Shown here: piece after piece, positions 29,840 through 39,393 of the stretch
Position numbering within the stretch: the stretch's first letter is position 1
How the letters are laid out: each line of letters begins with the position of its first letter
Source: Isosphaeraceae bacterium
GTDB taxonomy: Bacteria; Planctomycetota; Planctomycetia; Isosphaerales; Isosphaeraceae
Length of the DNA: 64,000 nt
Assembly: GCA_965201075.1 (NCBI GenBank)
Contig: CBDAVP010000004.1
Coordinates: 186,001 to 250,000, forward strand
Reading direction: 5' to 3'
The notes under the pieces: generated by a model
The model's input: the letters and a program-made list of their open reading frames with translations, nothing else
Told to the model about the DNA's origin: nothing
The model's database searches: none
Made by a program: the position numbers and the translations under genes

Positions 29840-30892
29840 CTACTCAGGCGTGGCGGGGAGGCTGGCGAGGAACTCCTCGGGGGCGAGGCCCCGGCGGTCG
29901 AGTGCCAGGCCGATCGGTTGGTCGGGTCCGGTGAGGGGTTTGGCCTCGACGCGGGCCATCCGGACGAGATCGGCTTCGGTGGGGGCTTCGAGGTCGGAGA
30001 GGCGGGCCTCGTCTCGGGCGGTCTGGGCGAGGGCTCGGGCGTGGTCTCGGGCGGATTGGTCGTCCGAACGGGCGGATTGAGCCTCGTCGAGGCGCAGGCG
30101 GTTGAGGGCGGCGTCGGGGAACTCGCCGAGGCCGTCGAGGGTGGCGCGGACCCAGCGCGGGGCCAGGCCCTCGGGACAGCGGCGGGCCAGTTCGAAGGCG
30201 GCGGCGCAGGCGCTGGCGTCTCGCCCGTCGATGGCCTGGGCAACGAAGGTTTCCAGCTCGGCGGGGTCGCGGTTGGCCAGGGACTCGACGTAGGCCGAGA
30301 CGATCCGGGGGTTGACACGGTCGGGGCGGTCGCAGGCGCGGTCGAGCTTGCGGAGGTCGTCGGCCTCGATGACGCGGGGGCGCAGGGCTTCGAGCTGGCG
30401 GCGGCCCCACTCGGTCGCGGCCTCGTCCCCCTCGGCCAGCGACGCGTCGTGGAAGGCGAGCAGGCCCGAGAGGGTTGGGGCGGGCGGGCCGCCGTGCATC
30501 GGTCGGGAAAAGGCGCGGCCCTCGAACTCGGCGACGCGGGTGGCCAGTTGCTGTTCGACCAGGCCGCGGCGAAGGAGGAGGTTCGTCTCTCGCTGAAGTC
30601 CGTCCAGGCCGGTGTTGGCTCGTGAGCGGGCTCGGGCGTTGGCCGTGGCGACCAGGCGGTCCAGGAACGGGCGGGGACCGCTGGCGGCGTGGTCGGCCTT
30701 GCGGTCGAGGTCCGCGGCGAGGCGTCCGGCGGCCTCGGCGGCGCGTTCTCGGGCGACCTTGGGGGTCAGTTCTCCCCGGCCGACCTGGCGGCGGAGGTCG
30801 TCCGTCAGGGCGCGAAAGCCGCTCAGGGCCTCGTCGGACGATTCCGTCAGAGACCGGGCGACCGAGGTGGCTCGCTGGGAATTCCAGGGCAT
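29840..30892 (-). CDS. Hypothetical all-helical protein (~350 aa)
   Basis: GGAG SD before MPWNSQR; A/R/L/E-rich helical composition; host-like codon usage. Confidence 0.75.
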   Translation of the reverse strand: MPWNSQRATSVARSLTESSDEALSGFRALTDDLRRQVGRGELTPKVARERAAEAAGRLAADLDRKADHAASGPRPFLDRLVATANARARSRANTGLDGLQRETNLLLRRGLVEQQLATRVAEFEGRAFSRPMHGGPPAPTLSGLLAFHDASLAEGDEAATEWGRRQLEALRPRVIEADDLRKLDRACDRPDRVNPRIVSAYVESLANRDPAELETFVAQAIDGRDASACAAAFELARRCPEGLAPRWVRATLDGLGEFPDAALNRLRLDEAQSARSDDQSARDHARALAQTARDEARLSDLEAPTEADLVRMARVEAKPLTGPDQPIGLALDRRGLAPEEFLASLPATPE

Positions 30893-30956
30893 GGGAGTGA
30901 GGCTCCAGGTGCGGGGGACAGGTGCCAAGTGAGGGACGTTTGGGAACGGCGTGACG

Positions 30957-31241
30957 TCAAGATCGGCCCGAGCAGGCGTCGAGGGCCTCGGCGTTGCGGT
31001 GGGCGATCAGTTGGGCTTCCAGGGCGCGATGGGCGCGGCCGATGGCCAGACAGCGGGTGCGGCCGTCGGCTTCCAGGGTGTCGGGGAGTTCGGGGCAGGA
31101 TAGACGGGCTAGCCAGCCCTGGGCGTCGTCGAGTCGGTACCAGCTCAACAACCATTGCTTGCGGCCAAATTCGTCGCGCATCCATCGCGCCCAGCGCTCG
31201 TCGTGCTCGTCTCGGGAGGGTCGTTGCGGGAGGAACGGCAT
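30957..31241 (-). CDS. Small hypothetical protein with a HicB-like N-domain pattern
   Basis: GWLARLSCPELPDTLEADGRTRCLAIGRAHRAL resembles the HicB P.LPG...G.T..EA pattern. Confidence 0.6.
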   Translation of the reverse strand: MPFLPQRPSRDEHDERWARWMRDEFGRKQWLLSWYRLDDAQGWLARLSCPELPDTLEADGRTRCLAIGRAHRALEAQLIAHRNAEALDACSGRS

Positions 31242-31332
31242 CGCCAGGGGCCCTTCGGGGGGTTCGCGGAGGGGACCGCGACTCCTCCCCGTTGGGCACT
31301 ATCGTGACCGACCTCCGAAATGATGACGGTGA

Positions 31333-31360
31333 CTTGAAAATTTTTCCGAAATTTTTCAAG
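31333..31360. promoter_or_regulatory. AT-rich inverted repeat in divergent intergenic region (candidate operator)
   Basis: cttgaaaatttt-tccg-aaatttttcaag, 11/12 arm match. Confidence 0.5.
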
Positions 31361-31486
31361 GACGACCCCGTGATGGTCAGTTCCGACCCCATTGCGGTAA
31401 GCTGGGCGTGTCGCCGAACCGCCACGGCGGGACCAGTGTCCGTCTGTCCGCCGGGCCCCTCCCCGCAACCTGGGAACCCCCCACCG

Positions 31487-32074
31487 ATGGTGAACTCCAC
31501 GGACCTTTCGGCCGAAACCCCCACGCCCCCTCTGAGCACCGACCTGGCCCCGCCCCGCCCCGCCAGTCGGGAGCCGGCCAAGATGCGGGAGGTCCAGGAT
31601 GAGGTTTCGGCCTCGGCCGCCGCTCGCAAGGCCCCGGGGCGATTGGCCTCGGCCCTGGAGCGAGCCCGCGTCTGCGCCCGGATCGCGTCGGACAATCGCG
31701 CCAAGGACATCCTGCTGCTGGACCTGCGCGGGGCGACCGCCCTGGTCGACTTCTTCGTGATCGCCACGGCCACGTCCCGGCGGCTGGGGAATGCGATCGC
31801 CATCGAGATCGACCAGGAGATGAAGCGGATCGACGAGCGGAAGCTGGGGATCGAGGGGTCCGACGAGGGGCGCTGGACCCTGCTGGACTACGGCGACTTC
31901 GTCGTTCACGTCTTCTCGCCCGAGGCCCGCACCTATTACGGTCTGGAAGAAATCTGGGGAGACGCCCCCCGGCTGCCCCTGGAAGGAGAGGGGCTGCCCG
32001 AGCCGTCACCGTCGCCCGTTCCGGCGGCAACGTCGGAGGCTCCGGATTCCGTGGGCGAACCGCTTATCGCCTGA
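31487..32074 (+). CDS. rsfS: Ribosome silencing factor RsfS with N- and C-terminal extensions (start uncertain)
   Basis: AKDILLLDLR...DFFVIAT...EG....WTLLDYGDFVVHVF..EAR.YY.LE.IW. Confidence 0.93.
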   Translation: MVNSTDLSAETPTPPLSTDLAPPRPASREPAKMREVQDEVSASAAARKAPGRLASALERARVCARIASDNRAKDILLLDLRGATALVDFFVIATATSRRLGNAIAIEIDQEMKRIDERKLGIEGSDEGRWTLLDYGDFVVHVFSPEARTYYGLEEIWGDAPRLPLEGEGLPEPSPSPVPAATSEAPDSVGEPLIA

Positions 32075-32141
32075 CTTGACCTGATCCGACCGTTTGTCGT
32101 TTCGGTCGTCTCCGTTTTTCCTGGATTCGCCAAAGCCGCTC

Positions 32142-33860
32142 ATGAACATCCTGACGCAAGTGCGGGCCGCTTTCGCCGCCGTGGCTCCCGAGGGGGTTGA
32201 CGCCTCCACCTTCGCCTTGGCAGTGAGGGCAGCTAGCGACCCGAAGTTTGGCGACTACCAGGCCAACGGGTGCATGGCGGCGGCCAAGGCGCTGAAGGCG
32301 AACCCGAGAGCCGTGGCCCAGGACGTGGCGGGGCGCGTCGACCTGTCGCCGATGGCCGATGCCCCCGAGGTCGCCGGGCCCGGCTTCCTCAATGTCCGCC
32401 TGCGAGAGGGATGGCTGGCCAATCGGCTGGAGGAGTTGTTGGCAGACCCGGCGCTGGGGGTCGTCCCGCCGGCGCATCCTCAGACGGTGGTGGTGGATTT
32501 CTCGTCGCCCAACGTGGCCAAGCCGATGCACGTGGGGCACATTCGCTCGACAGTCATCGGCGATGCCCTGTCGAGGATCTTTGATGCCCTGGGTCACACG
32601 GTCATCCGCGACAATCACCTGGGGGACTGGGGCTCGCAGTTCGGGATGATCCTCTGGGGCTGGAAGCATCACCGAGACGAGGCGGCCTACGAGGCGGGGC
32701 CCGTCGCGGAGCTGGCTCGGCTGTATCGGTTGACTCAGGGAAAGATCAAGGCCGAGGAGCCGGGGGTGGAGGAGGCCACCCGCGCCGAGACGGCCAAACT
32801 CCACGCGGGGGACGGCGAGAATCGGCGGCTCTGGGAGCAGTTCATGCCCCACTGTTTGGGGGCGTTGCGGTCGGTGTATGACCGCCTGGGCGTGCGGTTC
32901 GACGTGGAGTTGGGAGAGAGCTTTTACGACCCGTTTCTGGCGGGCGTCGTCGACGAGTTGGAGGCCCGAGGCCTGGCGGAAGTCAGCGAAGGGGCGACGG
33001 TGGTGTTCGTTGAGGGGTCGAAGGCGCCGTTGATGGTCCGCAAGAGCGACGGAGCTTATAACTACGCGACGACCGACCTGGCGACGGTCCGCTACCGGGA
33101 CGAGACCTGGAAGCCGGACCTGGTGCTGTACGTCGTCGACACCCGACAGGCGGATCACTTCAAACTGCTGTTCGACGTCGCCCGCCGCTGGGGGCACGAC
33201 GGCGCCCGGTTGGAGCATGTGGCGTTCGGGACGATCCTGGGCAACGACCGCCGGCCGTTCAAGACGCGCTCGGGCGACGTGGTGGGGTTGGAATCCTTGC
33301 TGGACGAGGCCGTGTCGAGAGCCCGCCAGGTCGTCGACGTCAACAGCCCGCACCTGGACGAGGCCGAGCGGGCCAGGGTCGCGGAGGTGGTTGGCCTGGG
33401 GGCGATCAAGTACGCCGACCTGTCGCAGAATCGCCTGAGTGACTACGTGTTCGACTGGGACAAGATGATGGCGATGACCGGCAACACCGCCACCTACCTC
33501 CAGTATGCCTACGCCCGCAGCCGAGGGATCTTCGCCAAGGGAGGCATCGATCCCGAGGAACTGCGTCGGCGGGCGCCGGCGATTGTTCTGAACCACCCGG
33601 CCGAGCGGGCGTTGGGGATGCAGGTGTTGCGGTTTCCCGAAGTTTTGGGGCTGGCCGCCGAGGAACTCAAGCCGAACGTCCTGACCGATTCCCTGTTCGC
33701 CCTGGCCAACGCCTACAGTGCATTCTTCGAGAACTGCCCGGTCTTGAAGGCCGAATCGCCCGAGCGCCGGGACAGCCGCCTGGCCCTTTGCGATCTGGCG
33801 GGCCGGACGTTGGCGAGGGGTCTGGGGTTGCTGGGGATCGGGGTTGTTGACCGGATGTAA
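32142..33860 (+). CDS. argS: Arginine--tRNA ligase
   Basis: FGDYQAN, GPGFLN, SSPNVAKPMHVGH, GDWG.QFG, FKTRSG, GNTATYLQYAYAR, terminal RM. Confidence 0.97.
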   Translation: MNILTQVRAAFAAVAPEGVDASTFALAVRAASDPKFGDYQANGCMAAAKALKANPRAVAQDVAGRVDLSPMADAPEVAGPGFLNVRLREGWLANRLEELLADPALGVVPPAHPQTVVVDFSSPNVAKPMHVGHIRSTVIGDALSRIFDALGHTVIRDNHLGDWGSQFGMILWGWKHHRDEAAYEAGPVAELARLYRLTQGKIKAEEPGVEEATRAETAKLHAGDGENRRLWEQFMPHCLGALRSVYDRLGVRFDVELGESFYDPFLAGVVDELEARGLAEVSEGATVVFVEGSKAPLMVRKSDGAYNYATTDLATVRYRDETWKPDLVLYVVDTRQADHFKLLFDVARRWGHDGARLEHVAFGTILGNDRRPFKTRSGDVVGLESLLDEAVSRARQVVDVNSPHLDEAERARVAEVVGLGAIKYADLSQNRLSDYVFDWDKMMAMTGNTATYLQYAYARSRGIFAKGGIDPEELRRRAPAIVLNHPAERALGMQVLRFPEVLGLAAEELKPNVLTDSLFALANAYSAFFENCPVLKAESPERRDSRLALCDLAGRTLARGLGLLGIGVVDRM

Positions 33861-33890
33861 CCGGCGCGGCCTCGATCCCGAAGTCTTCCC

Positions 33891-34721
33891 TCAGGCCGAG
33901 AAGTAGGTTTCCCCGGCCGCGGCGCCGGCCTCCCGGGGGGCGTCGCCGTCGGGGAAGAAGTCGGCGTACTTGGCCTTGGAGGCGCGGATTCCGGCGTGGA
34001 AGGCGTGGTTGTCGAAGCCCAGGACGAACATCCGGCAGCCTTGCTCGGCCATGTGCCTGGCGTATTCGGGGCCGTGCGGGACGATCCCCCAGGGCTTGCC
34101 CGCGGCTCGGCAGGCCGCGGCGATCCGGTCGATCGTCGCGATGCAGCGCGGGTCGTGGTACTGGCCGGGGATGCCCAGCACCTGGCTGATGTCCGCCGGG
34201 CCGACAAACAGCAGGTCGACCTCGGGGATCGCCGCGATCGCCTCGACCTCGTCGATTCCTCCCTGCGTCTCGATCTGAATGCCCACGAAGACCCCAGCGT
34301 TGGCCTTGGCGACGTAGTCGGCGGTGGGGGTCAGGCCGTGGCGGCCGTCTCGGTTGTTGCCGTTGATCCCGCGCAGGCCCGAGGGGTGGAACTTCGCCCA
34401 GCGGACCGCCTGGCGGGCGTCAGCGGCCGAGGCGACCATGCTGATCATCACCCCGCCGGCGCCGGCTTCCAGCACCCTCATGATTGTCGCGTAGTCGGTG
34501 GCCGGCAGGCGGACAAAGTGGTCCATGCCGTAGTTGCGGGCGGCCATGACCAGCAGTTCGACGTCCCGGGCGTTGAGGTACGAATGCTCGGCGTCGAGCC
34601 AGAAGCCGTCGAACCCGCCGTGCTCGCCGACGATCTCGGCCAGCTTCGGTTCCTTGAACGCCCCCAGGCCGAACAGGCGGACGAACTCACCCCGGGCCAA
34701 CAATTCCTTGATCTTCGGCAT
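33891..34721 (-). CDS. HpcH/HpaI aldolase family protein
   Basis: WLDAEH, GLRG, QIET, LFVGPAD. Confidence 0.9.
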   Translation of the reverse strand: MPKIKELLARGEFVRLFGLGAFKEPKLAEIVGEHGGFDGFWLDAEHSYLNARDVELLVMAARNYGMDHFVRLPATDYATIMRVLEAGAGGVMISMVASAADARQAVRWAKFHPSGLRGINGNNRDGRHGLTPTADYVAKANAGVFVGIQIETQGGIDEVEAIAAIPEVDLLFVGPADISQVLGIPGQYHDPRCIATIDRIAAACRAAGKPWGIVPHGPEYARHMAEQGCRMFVLGFDNHAFHAGIRASKAKYADFFPDGDAPREAGAAAGETYFSA

Positions 34722-34767
34722 GATGTCCCCGAGCCACCGGTCGTTTGGATTCGATTCGATTCAGTAT

Positions 34768-35850
34768 TTAACGAGGGCTGAGGCGGAACCCCTCGAAACG
34801 GGCGGAGAACGCCTTCCTGGAGGTGTTGGAACCGAGGATGCCGACCTCGACCCGGTCGCCATAGTCGACCGTGACTTCCTTGAGAGGGGTCCACGCCTGG
34901 CCGTCGGCGCTGTAGGAGCAATTCCAGGTCCCGCCGCGGCGTTCGATTTTGAGACTCAAGGGGCCGCCGGGGAGGTTGGGACTGTCCTCGGTGACGATCT
35001 TGCCGTCCTTCCAGGCTTCCAGCACAACGACTGGAAAGATATTGCGGCCGTTCTGGGTGCCGGCGGCGCTCTCCAGGCGGAGGAAGTTGTCGAGGTCTCG
35101 CCAGATTACCAGGCCCACGCCGTTGAACGAGAAGGGCATGCCGTTGGGGCCGAGCGGGGCATTCTTCACGGCGTCGGCCCCGGGCTTCAATTTTTCTTTG
35201 TTGTCCTTGTCGTCGCCGGAGACCCGGACGACCAGGTCGAAGTTCCCCTCAATGCCCGTCAAGGCCCGGGGCGAGGTGTCGAGCTTGGCGGCCGAGTTGA
35301 GGAAGCAGAGCTTGCCGGGAATCTTCAAGGTCAGGTCGGCCCCATCGCGAACGAGTTGAGACTTGCCGGTCGGGTCGACCAGGGCTCCCAGGGCCGAGGC
35401 GTCGCGCTCGGGCTGGGGCGGCGGCTTGGGGGGTTCCTCGACCTTGGGGGCCGTCGTTGGTGTCGGCGTCGGTGACGGCTGGGCGACCGTGGCGACCTGG
35501 GTTGTCCCTGCCGGCGCCGGGGTTGGGGTTGGGGTTGGGTTCAGAGCGGCGGGCGTCGGCGAGGGGGTCGGGTTGGTCGCGACGGTCGGAGGGATTGGTG
35601 ACAGTGGGACGACCGGCGATGGCTCGACCGGCTGGGCATGGGTCTGCTGGGCAACCTGGCGGGCCTGGGCGCGGTCCTTGGCAATGCCCGACCAGACGAC
35701 GGCGAAGGCCAGGCCGTAGAGGATCGTCCCGCCGGCCGCGGCGGCGACGAACCCGGGGCTGGCGAGGAAGCTGCCGGGCAGGCGGTCCAGCAGTACCGGC
35801 TTGCGGAACTGGGTCGTCGGTCGGACCCTCGCGTCGCTGGTGGAGCTCAT
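34768..35850 (-). CDS. Membrane-anchored protein with Pro/Thr linker and ConA-like (DUF1349-like) domain
   Basis: One TM helix, PTPTP repeats, GVGLVIW...NFLRLE, LKIERRG...SYSADG..W. Confidence 0.7.
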   Translation of the reverse strand: MSSTSDARVRPTTQFRKPVLLDRLPGSFLASPGFVAAAAGGTILYGLAFAVVWSGIAKDRAQARQVAQQTHAQPVEPSPVVPLSPIPPTVATNPTPSPTPAALNPTPTPTPAPAGTTQVATVAQPSPTPTPTTAPKVEEPPKPPPQPERDASALGALVDPTGKSQLVRDGADLTLKIPGKLCFLNSAAKLDTSPRALTGIEGNFDLVVRVSGDDKDNKEKLKPGADAVKNAPLGPNGMPFSFNGVGLVIWRDLDNFLRLESAAGTQNGRNIFPVVVLEAWKDGKIVTEDSPNLPGGPLSLKIERRGGTWNCSYSADGQAWTPLKEVTVDYGDRVEVGILGSNTSRKAFSARFEGFRLSPR

Positions 35851-36042
35851 GACGCCGCTCCTGGGATGGGGCCTCGCGAGGCCGGGGGCCGGCGCGGGAG
35901 GGGAATCGAGTCGTGTCGGTCGGGAACGGGCTGGGAGAGGATGGTCGAACGCGCCGACCGTGGACGACGCGCGGGCCCGATGGAGAAATCGTATGGCGGC
36001 GCGCAACCCCCGTCAACCCGGGCGTTTGAGGGTCTCCATTCC

Positions 36043-37533
36043 TCAAGAGAGGTGGGACTGGCGGAAGGCTTGCAGCGCGGCCAGGGCGGGCTTGGGGGTG
36101 CCGTCGGGGCGGAACAGGCCGCCGTGGGAGTACAGGTGGGGGGCCGCGTCGTCGGACTGGAGCCAGGTCACCGAGCGGACGAACGGCTTGGCCGCGGCCA
36201 GGGCGACCCAGCGCTCGGCCCAGTCTCGCTGCTGGTCCTCGTCGGGGGTTCGCGGCCACTGGTCGGTCTCGACCCTGGCATTGGGGTCGGCCCGCGGGTC
36301 GGGGTCGGCGGCCGAGGGGGCGACCAGGCCGACGTGCAGCGGCAGGTTCAGCAAGGCGTACAGGTCCAGCAGGCGTGAGAAGTCGAACAGGTCGCGCAGG
36401 TGGCTACCCGGAGGGCCAAAGCCGGGGGCAATCTCCAGCCCAATGCCGGAGAGGCCCAACTCGGCGCGGGCCAGGCTGTCGGCCAGGTGCAACGGGCCCA
36501 GACGGAAGGCGCTGGAGCCCATCCACTCGGCCCAGGGGCGGTCGAGGTCAATCACGATCTGGGCGTTGGGATCGGCCTGGCGGGCGACCTGGATGGCTCG
36601 GGCGGTCAAGCGAATCTGGTCGTCCTCGCCCAGGCCCAGGACTTCGCCCGATGCGGGCCGGCCAACGACGTGCCAGGTGGCGACGCGTCCCTTGTAGCGG
36701 GTGACAACCTGCTGGACGAGGTCGGCGACCATGCCGGCGATCGAATCCAGGTCGCCTTCCCAGAGCCAGAGCCAGTCGGGCAGGGCGCCGGGGCGAAACT
36801 CCAGCAAGGGGCCCAGGGATGGGGTCAGGTGCTTGCGACGACACCAGGCCAGTTGTTCGTCGACCCGTTCCCAGCGAAACTGGCCCTCGGCCGGTTCCAA
36901 CTCGGCCCAGGAGCAGCGGACCCTCGCGCCGTTGACGGCCAAGGCCAGCGGCTCGGCCCAGGAAGCGCCCCGGGGCGAGCCATCCAGCGACGCGGCCAGG
37001 GTCGTGGGCAGCCGGGCGCCTCCTTCCTGACGGCGTTCCAAGACCTGCTTGGTGTAAGCGGCGACCAGAACACCCCCGGCCTCCAGGGTGGCGGCCAGGC
37101 TTTCCTGCGCCGCGGCGACGGCGTGATCGGGGCGGTCGCGGGTGGTCGCGGCGCGGGCGAACGCCTTCCGGGCGCGGTCCAGCAGCGGGGCCAGGGCCTC
37201 GGGTGCTTTCAGACCCAACTGAATCCAGTCGGCGGCCTGGTTACGCAGGTCGTTCAGTTCGCCGCGGGCCAGCTCCACGGCGAGGTCATAAGGCTCGGGC
37301 CGCTCGGCCAACGTGGCGGTGGCGAGGATCGGCGTGCCGAACCCCGGAACGTGCCAGGGGACCGACAGTCGCCCGCTTTCGGGGCTGTCTCGCTGGCAGC
37401 TCATCAAGCCTGGGCGGACGTCGACCGAGAGCCGCTCGGGGGTTCGGTCCAGCCCGGTGACGAACGCCTTGCGCAGGCCCGGGAGCCGGCCCGAGAGATC
37501 CGGAGGCGTCAATCGGAATCGCAGGACGCCCAT
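36043..37533 (-). CDS. GH10-like TIM-barrel protein, catalytic glutamates apparently absent
   Basis: WAELEPAEGQFRW, LPDWL, VVTRYKGRV..WHVV, GL...DG.PKPA. Confidence 0.75.
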   Translation of the reverse strand: MGVLRFRLTPPDLSGRLPGLRKAFVTGLDRTPERLSVDVRPGLMSCQRDSPESGRLSVPWHVPGFGTPILATATLAERPEPYDLAVELARGELNDLRNQAADWIQLGLKAPEALAPLLDRARKAFARAATTRDRPDHAVAAAQESLAATLEAGGVLVAAYTKQVLERRQEGGARLPTTLAASLDGSPRGASWAEPLALAVNGARVRCSWAELEPAEGQFRWERVDEQLAWCRRKHLTPSLGPLLEFRPGALPDWLWLWEGDLDSIAGMVADLVQQVVTRYKGRVATWHVVGRPASGEVLGLGEDDQIRLTARAIQVARQADPNAQIVIDLDRPWAEWMGSSAFRLGPLHLADSLARAELGLSGIGLEIAPGFGPPGSHLRDLFDFSRLLDLYALLNLPLHVGLVAPSAADPDPRADPNARVETDQWPRTPDEDQQRDWAERWVALAAAKPFVRSVTWLQSDDAAPHLYSHGGLFRPDGTPKPALAALQAFRQSHLS

Positions 37534-37648
37534 GAGACCCCTTCGAGAGCCTTGGACCGGCGTGGCGGCCGCTGGCGAGACAGTGCGCCTGTACTCAATC
37601 GGTCGCGGGGACGGTCCAGGAGTTCAATCTATCCGCGAGTTTCGGCGA

Positions 37649-38656
37649 TTACAAAGGGCTCGCCTCGGCCCGATTGCGTGGATGCGTCTCTTGGACTTCC
37701 GGGTTGACCGGGTTGGGAGGAATTTCCCCGCGGAGAACGGCCACGACGTTGGCCGCGGCGATTCTCGCCATCGACGAGCGGGTGGCCCGAGTGGCGCTTC
37801 CCAGGTGAGGCAGGAGGACCGCGTTGGGACAGGCGGCCAGGCCGTCGGCCAGGGCTGGCTCACGCTCGAAAACGTCCAGACCCGCCCCGGCGATCCGCCC
37901 GATTCGCAGGGCCTTCACCAGCGCCGCCTCGTCGACGACCGGACCCCTCGCCGTGTTGATGAGGTAGGCCGAGGGCTTCATCGCGGCGAGGGCTTTCTCG
38001 TCGATCAGGTGGCGGGTCTCGGGCGTCAGCGGGGTGTGCAGGCTGACGAAGTCGGACTGGGCCAGCAACTCGTGCAGGTCGACCTGGCGGGCGCCCATCT
38101 CGTCCAGTTCAGGACTCGGGCGACGGCCGTGATAGAGCAACGGCATCCGGAAGCCGACCGCCCGCCGGGCCACGGCCTGGGCGATCCTCCCTGGACCGAC
38201 CAGGCCCAAAGTCGCGCCGGTGACGTCGCCACCGAGCCTGTACAGGGGGCCCCAGCCGAGGAACCGGCCTTCGCGGACCTCGGCGTCCCCCCCGACCACG
38301 CCGCGGGCCACGGCCAGGATCAGCGCCCAGGCCAGGTCAGCGGTGGCGTCGGTCAGGGCGCCCGGGGTGTTCGTGACCCAGATCCCGCGACGGGTCGCCG
38401 CCGCCACGTCGATGTTGTCGAACCCGACGGCCAGGTTGGCCACCACCCGGCAGTCGCGGGCGGCCTCCAGGACTTCGTCGTCGATCCGGTCGGTCAGGGT
38501 GCAGAAGATCGCCTCGTGCCCCGGCACCGCCGCCAGCAACTCGTCCCGGGAGAGGCCCCGGTCCTCGTCGTTGGCGTCGACGACTTCGGCGGCCTCGGCC
38601 ACCAGCGACGGGCCCGGCTCGGGCATCGCCCGGGTGATGAAGACGCGTCGCGGCAT
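37649..38656 (-). CDS. D-2-hydroxyacid dehydrogenase (glyoxylate reductase/D-glycerate dehydrogenase)
   Basis: AVGFDNID, TNTPG.LT.ATAD, G.GRI, INTARG, GLDVFEREP, PHLGSAT. Confidence 0.93.
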   Translation of the reverse strand: MPRRVFITRAMPEPGPSLVAEAAEVVDANDEDRGLSRDELLAAVPGHEAIFCTLTDRIDDEVLEAARDCRVVANLAVGFDNIDVAAATRRGIWVTNTPGALTDATADLAWALILAVARGVVGGDAEVREGRFLGWGPLYRLGGDVTGATLGLVGPGRIAQAVARRAVGFRMPLLYHGRRPSPELDEMGARQVDLHELLAQSDFVSLHTPLTPETRHLIDEKALAAMKPSAYLINTARGPVVDEAALVKALRIGRIAGAGLDVFEREPALADGLAACPNAVLLPHLGSATRATRSSMARIAAANVVAVLRGEIPPNPVNPEVQETHPRNRAEASPL

Positions 38657-38959
38657 GCGGTCCTCAACGAATTCCTCGGTCGTTCGCCCAGGACGGCCGC
38701 CACGCGAAAGGGCGGCGATCCTATCATGCATGGACCAACTGGCCAAGGGCGATGCATCGACCAGCGATCGTACCCGTACCGGGCCATCCCAAGGCGAACT
38801 GTTCCCATTTTACCCGACGCCTGGGAAACTTTTGGGAAGAACGACCGCAACTATGGACAAATTGACAACGGGTGCGGAAATGCGAAATTCCGCTTGAAAA
38901 AAATTAAAGTCGAGAAGACTCAAGACTTAGATCCCAATCGCCGACACGGGTGTTCTCCT

Positions 38960-39073
38960 CGGTACGGACCGTGCTTTATGTTCCGGTCAGTCGCGGCAGG
39001 AATCGCCGCGGTCGGTCAAGCCGAATCGAATCGAGACGAGTCGGACGCCATCAGGAAGAAACTTTCAAGGAGG
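38960..39073 (+). promoter_or_regulatory. csrA leader with clustered GGA (CsrA-type) motifs
   Basis: ACGGA 38964 and CAGGA 38997 in stem-loops; further GGA at 39043, CAGGA 39052, AAGGA in the SD at 39067. Confidence 0.55.
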
Positions 39074-39078
39074 TTACG

Positions 39079-39273
39079 ATGCTGGTCCTGAGCCGAAAGC
39101 TGAACGAGAAGATCGTGATCAACGGCGACATCGTGGTGACCGTCGTCAAGATCGACCGCAACCAGGTGCGCATCGGCATCGAAGCCCCGAGCCATGTGCC
39201 GGTCTACCGCGAAGAGATCATGCCGCTGGCCCAGAGGGCCTCGCAGCGAGAAGCCCTGGCCGTGACGGCCTGA
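39079..39273 (+). CDS. csrA: Carbon storage regulator CsrA/RsmA
   Basis: AAGGAGG SD; MLVLSRKLNEKIVI...VRIGIEAP..VPVYREE. Confidence 0.95.
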   Translation: MLVLSRKLNEKIVINGDIVVTVVKIDRNQVRIGIEAPSHVPVYREEIMPLAQRASQREALAVTA

Positions 39274-39393
39274 ACGTCTTCTCACAATGGCCGGTCCTGG
39301 CCGCTCCTTGCTAGACGCCCCTCGCGCCCTCGCGTACCCTAAAGCCTTCGGGACCAGCGGCGAACGGGCGGGACTTTCGCGGAGGATCGGGTC

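Noticed and set aside
28705..31241. Prophage
   Set aside because: No integrase, terminase, capsid or tail motifs, and GC is host-like
35460..35580. (ggttgg)n-type repeats
   Set aside because: Simply encode the Pro/Thr linker of the 34768-35850 protein
38862..38922. Defined csrA sigma-70 promoter
   Set aside because: TTGACA (38862) and TTGAAA (38894) are present but no convincing -10 at 16-18 nt spacing
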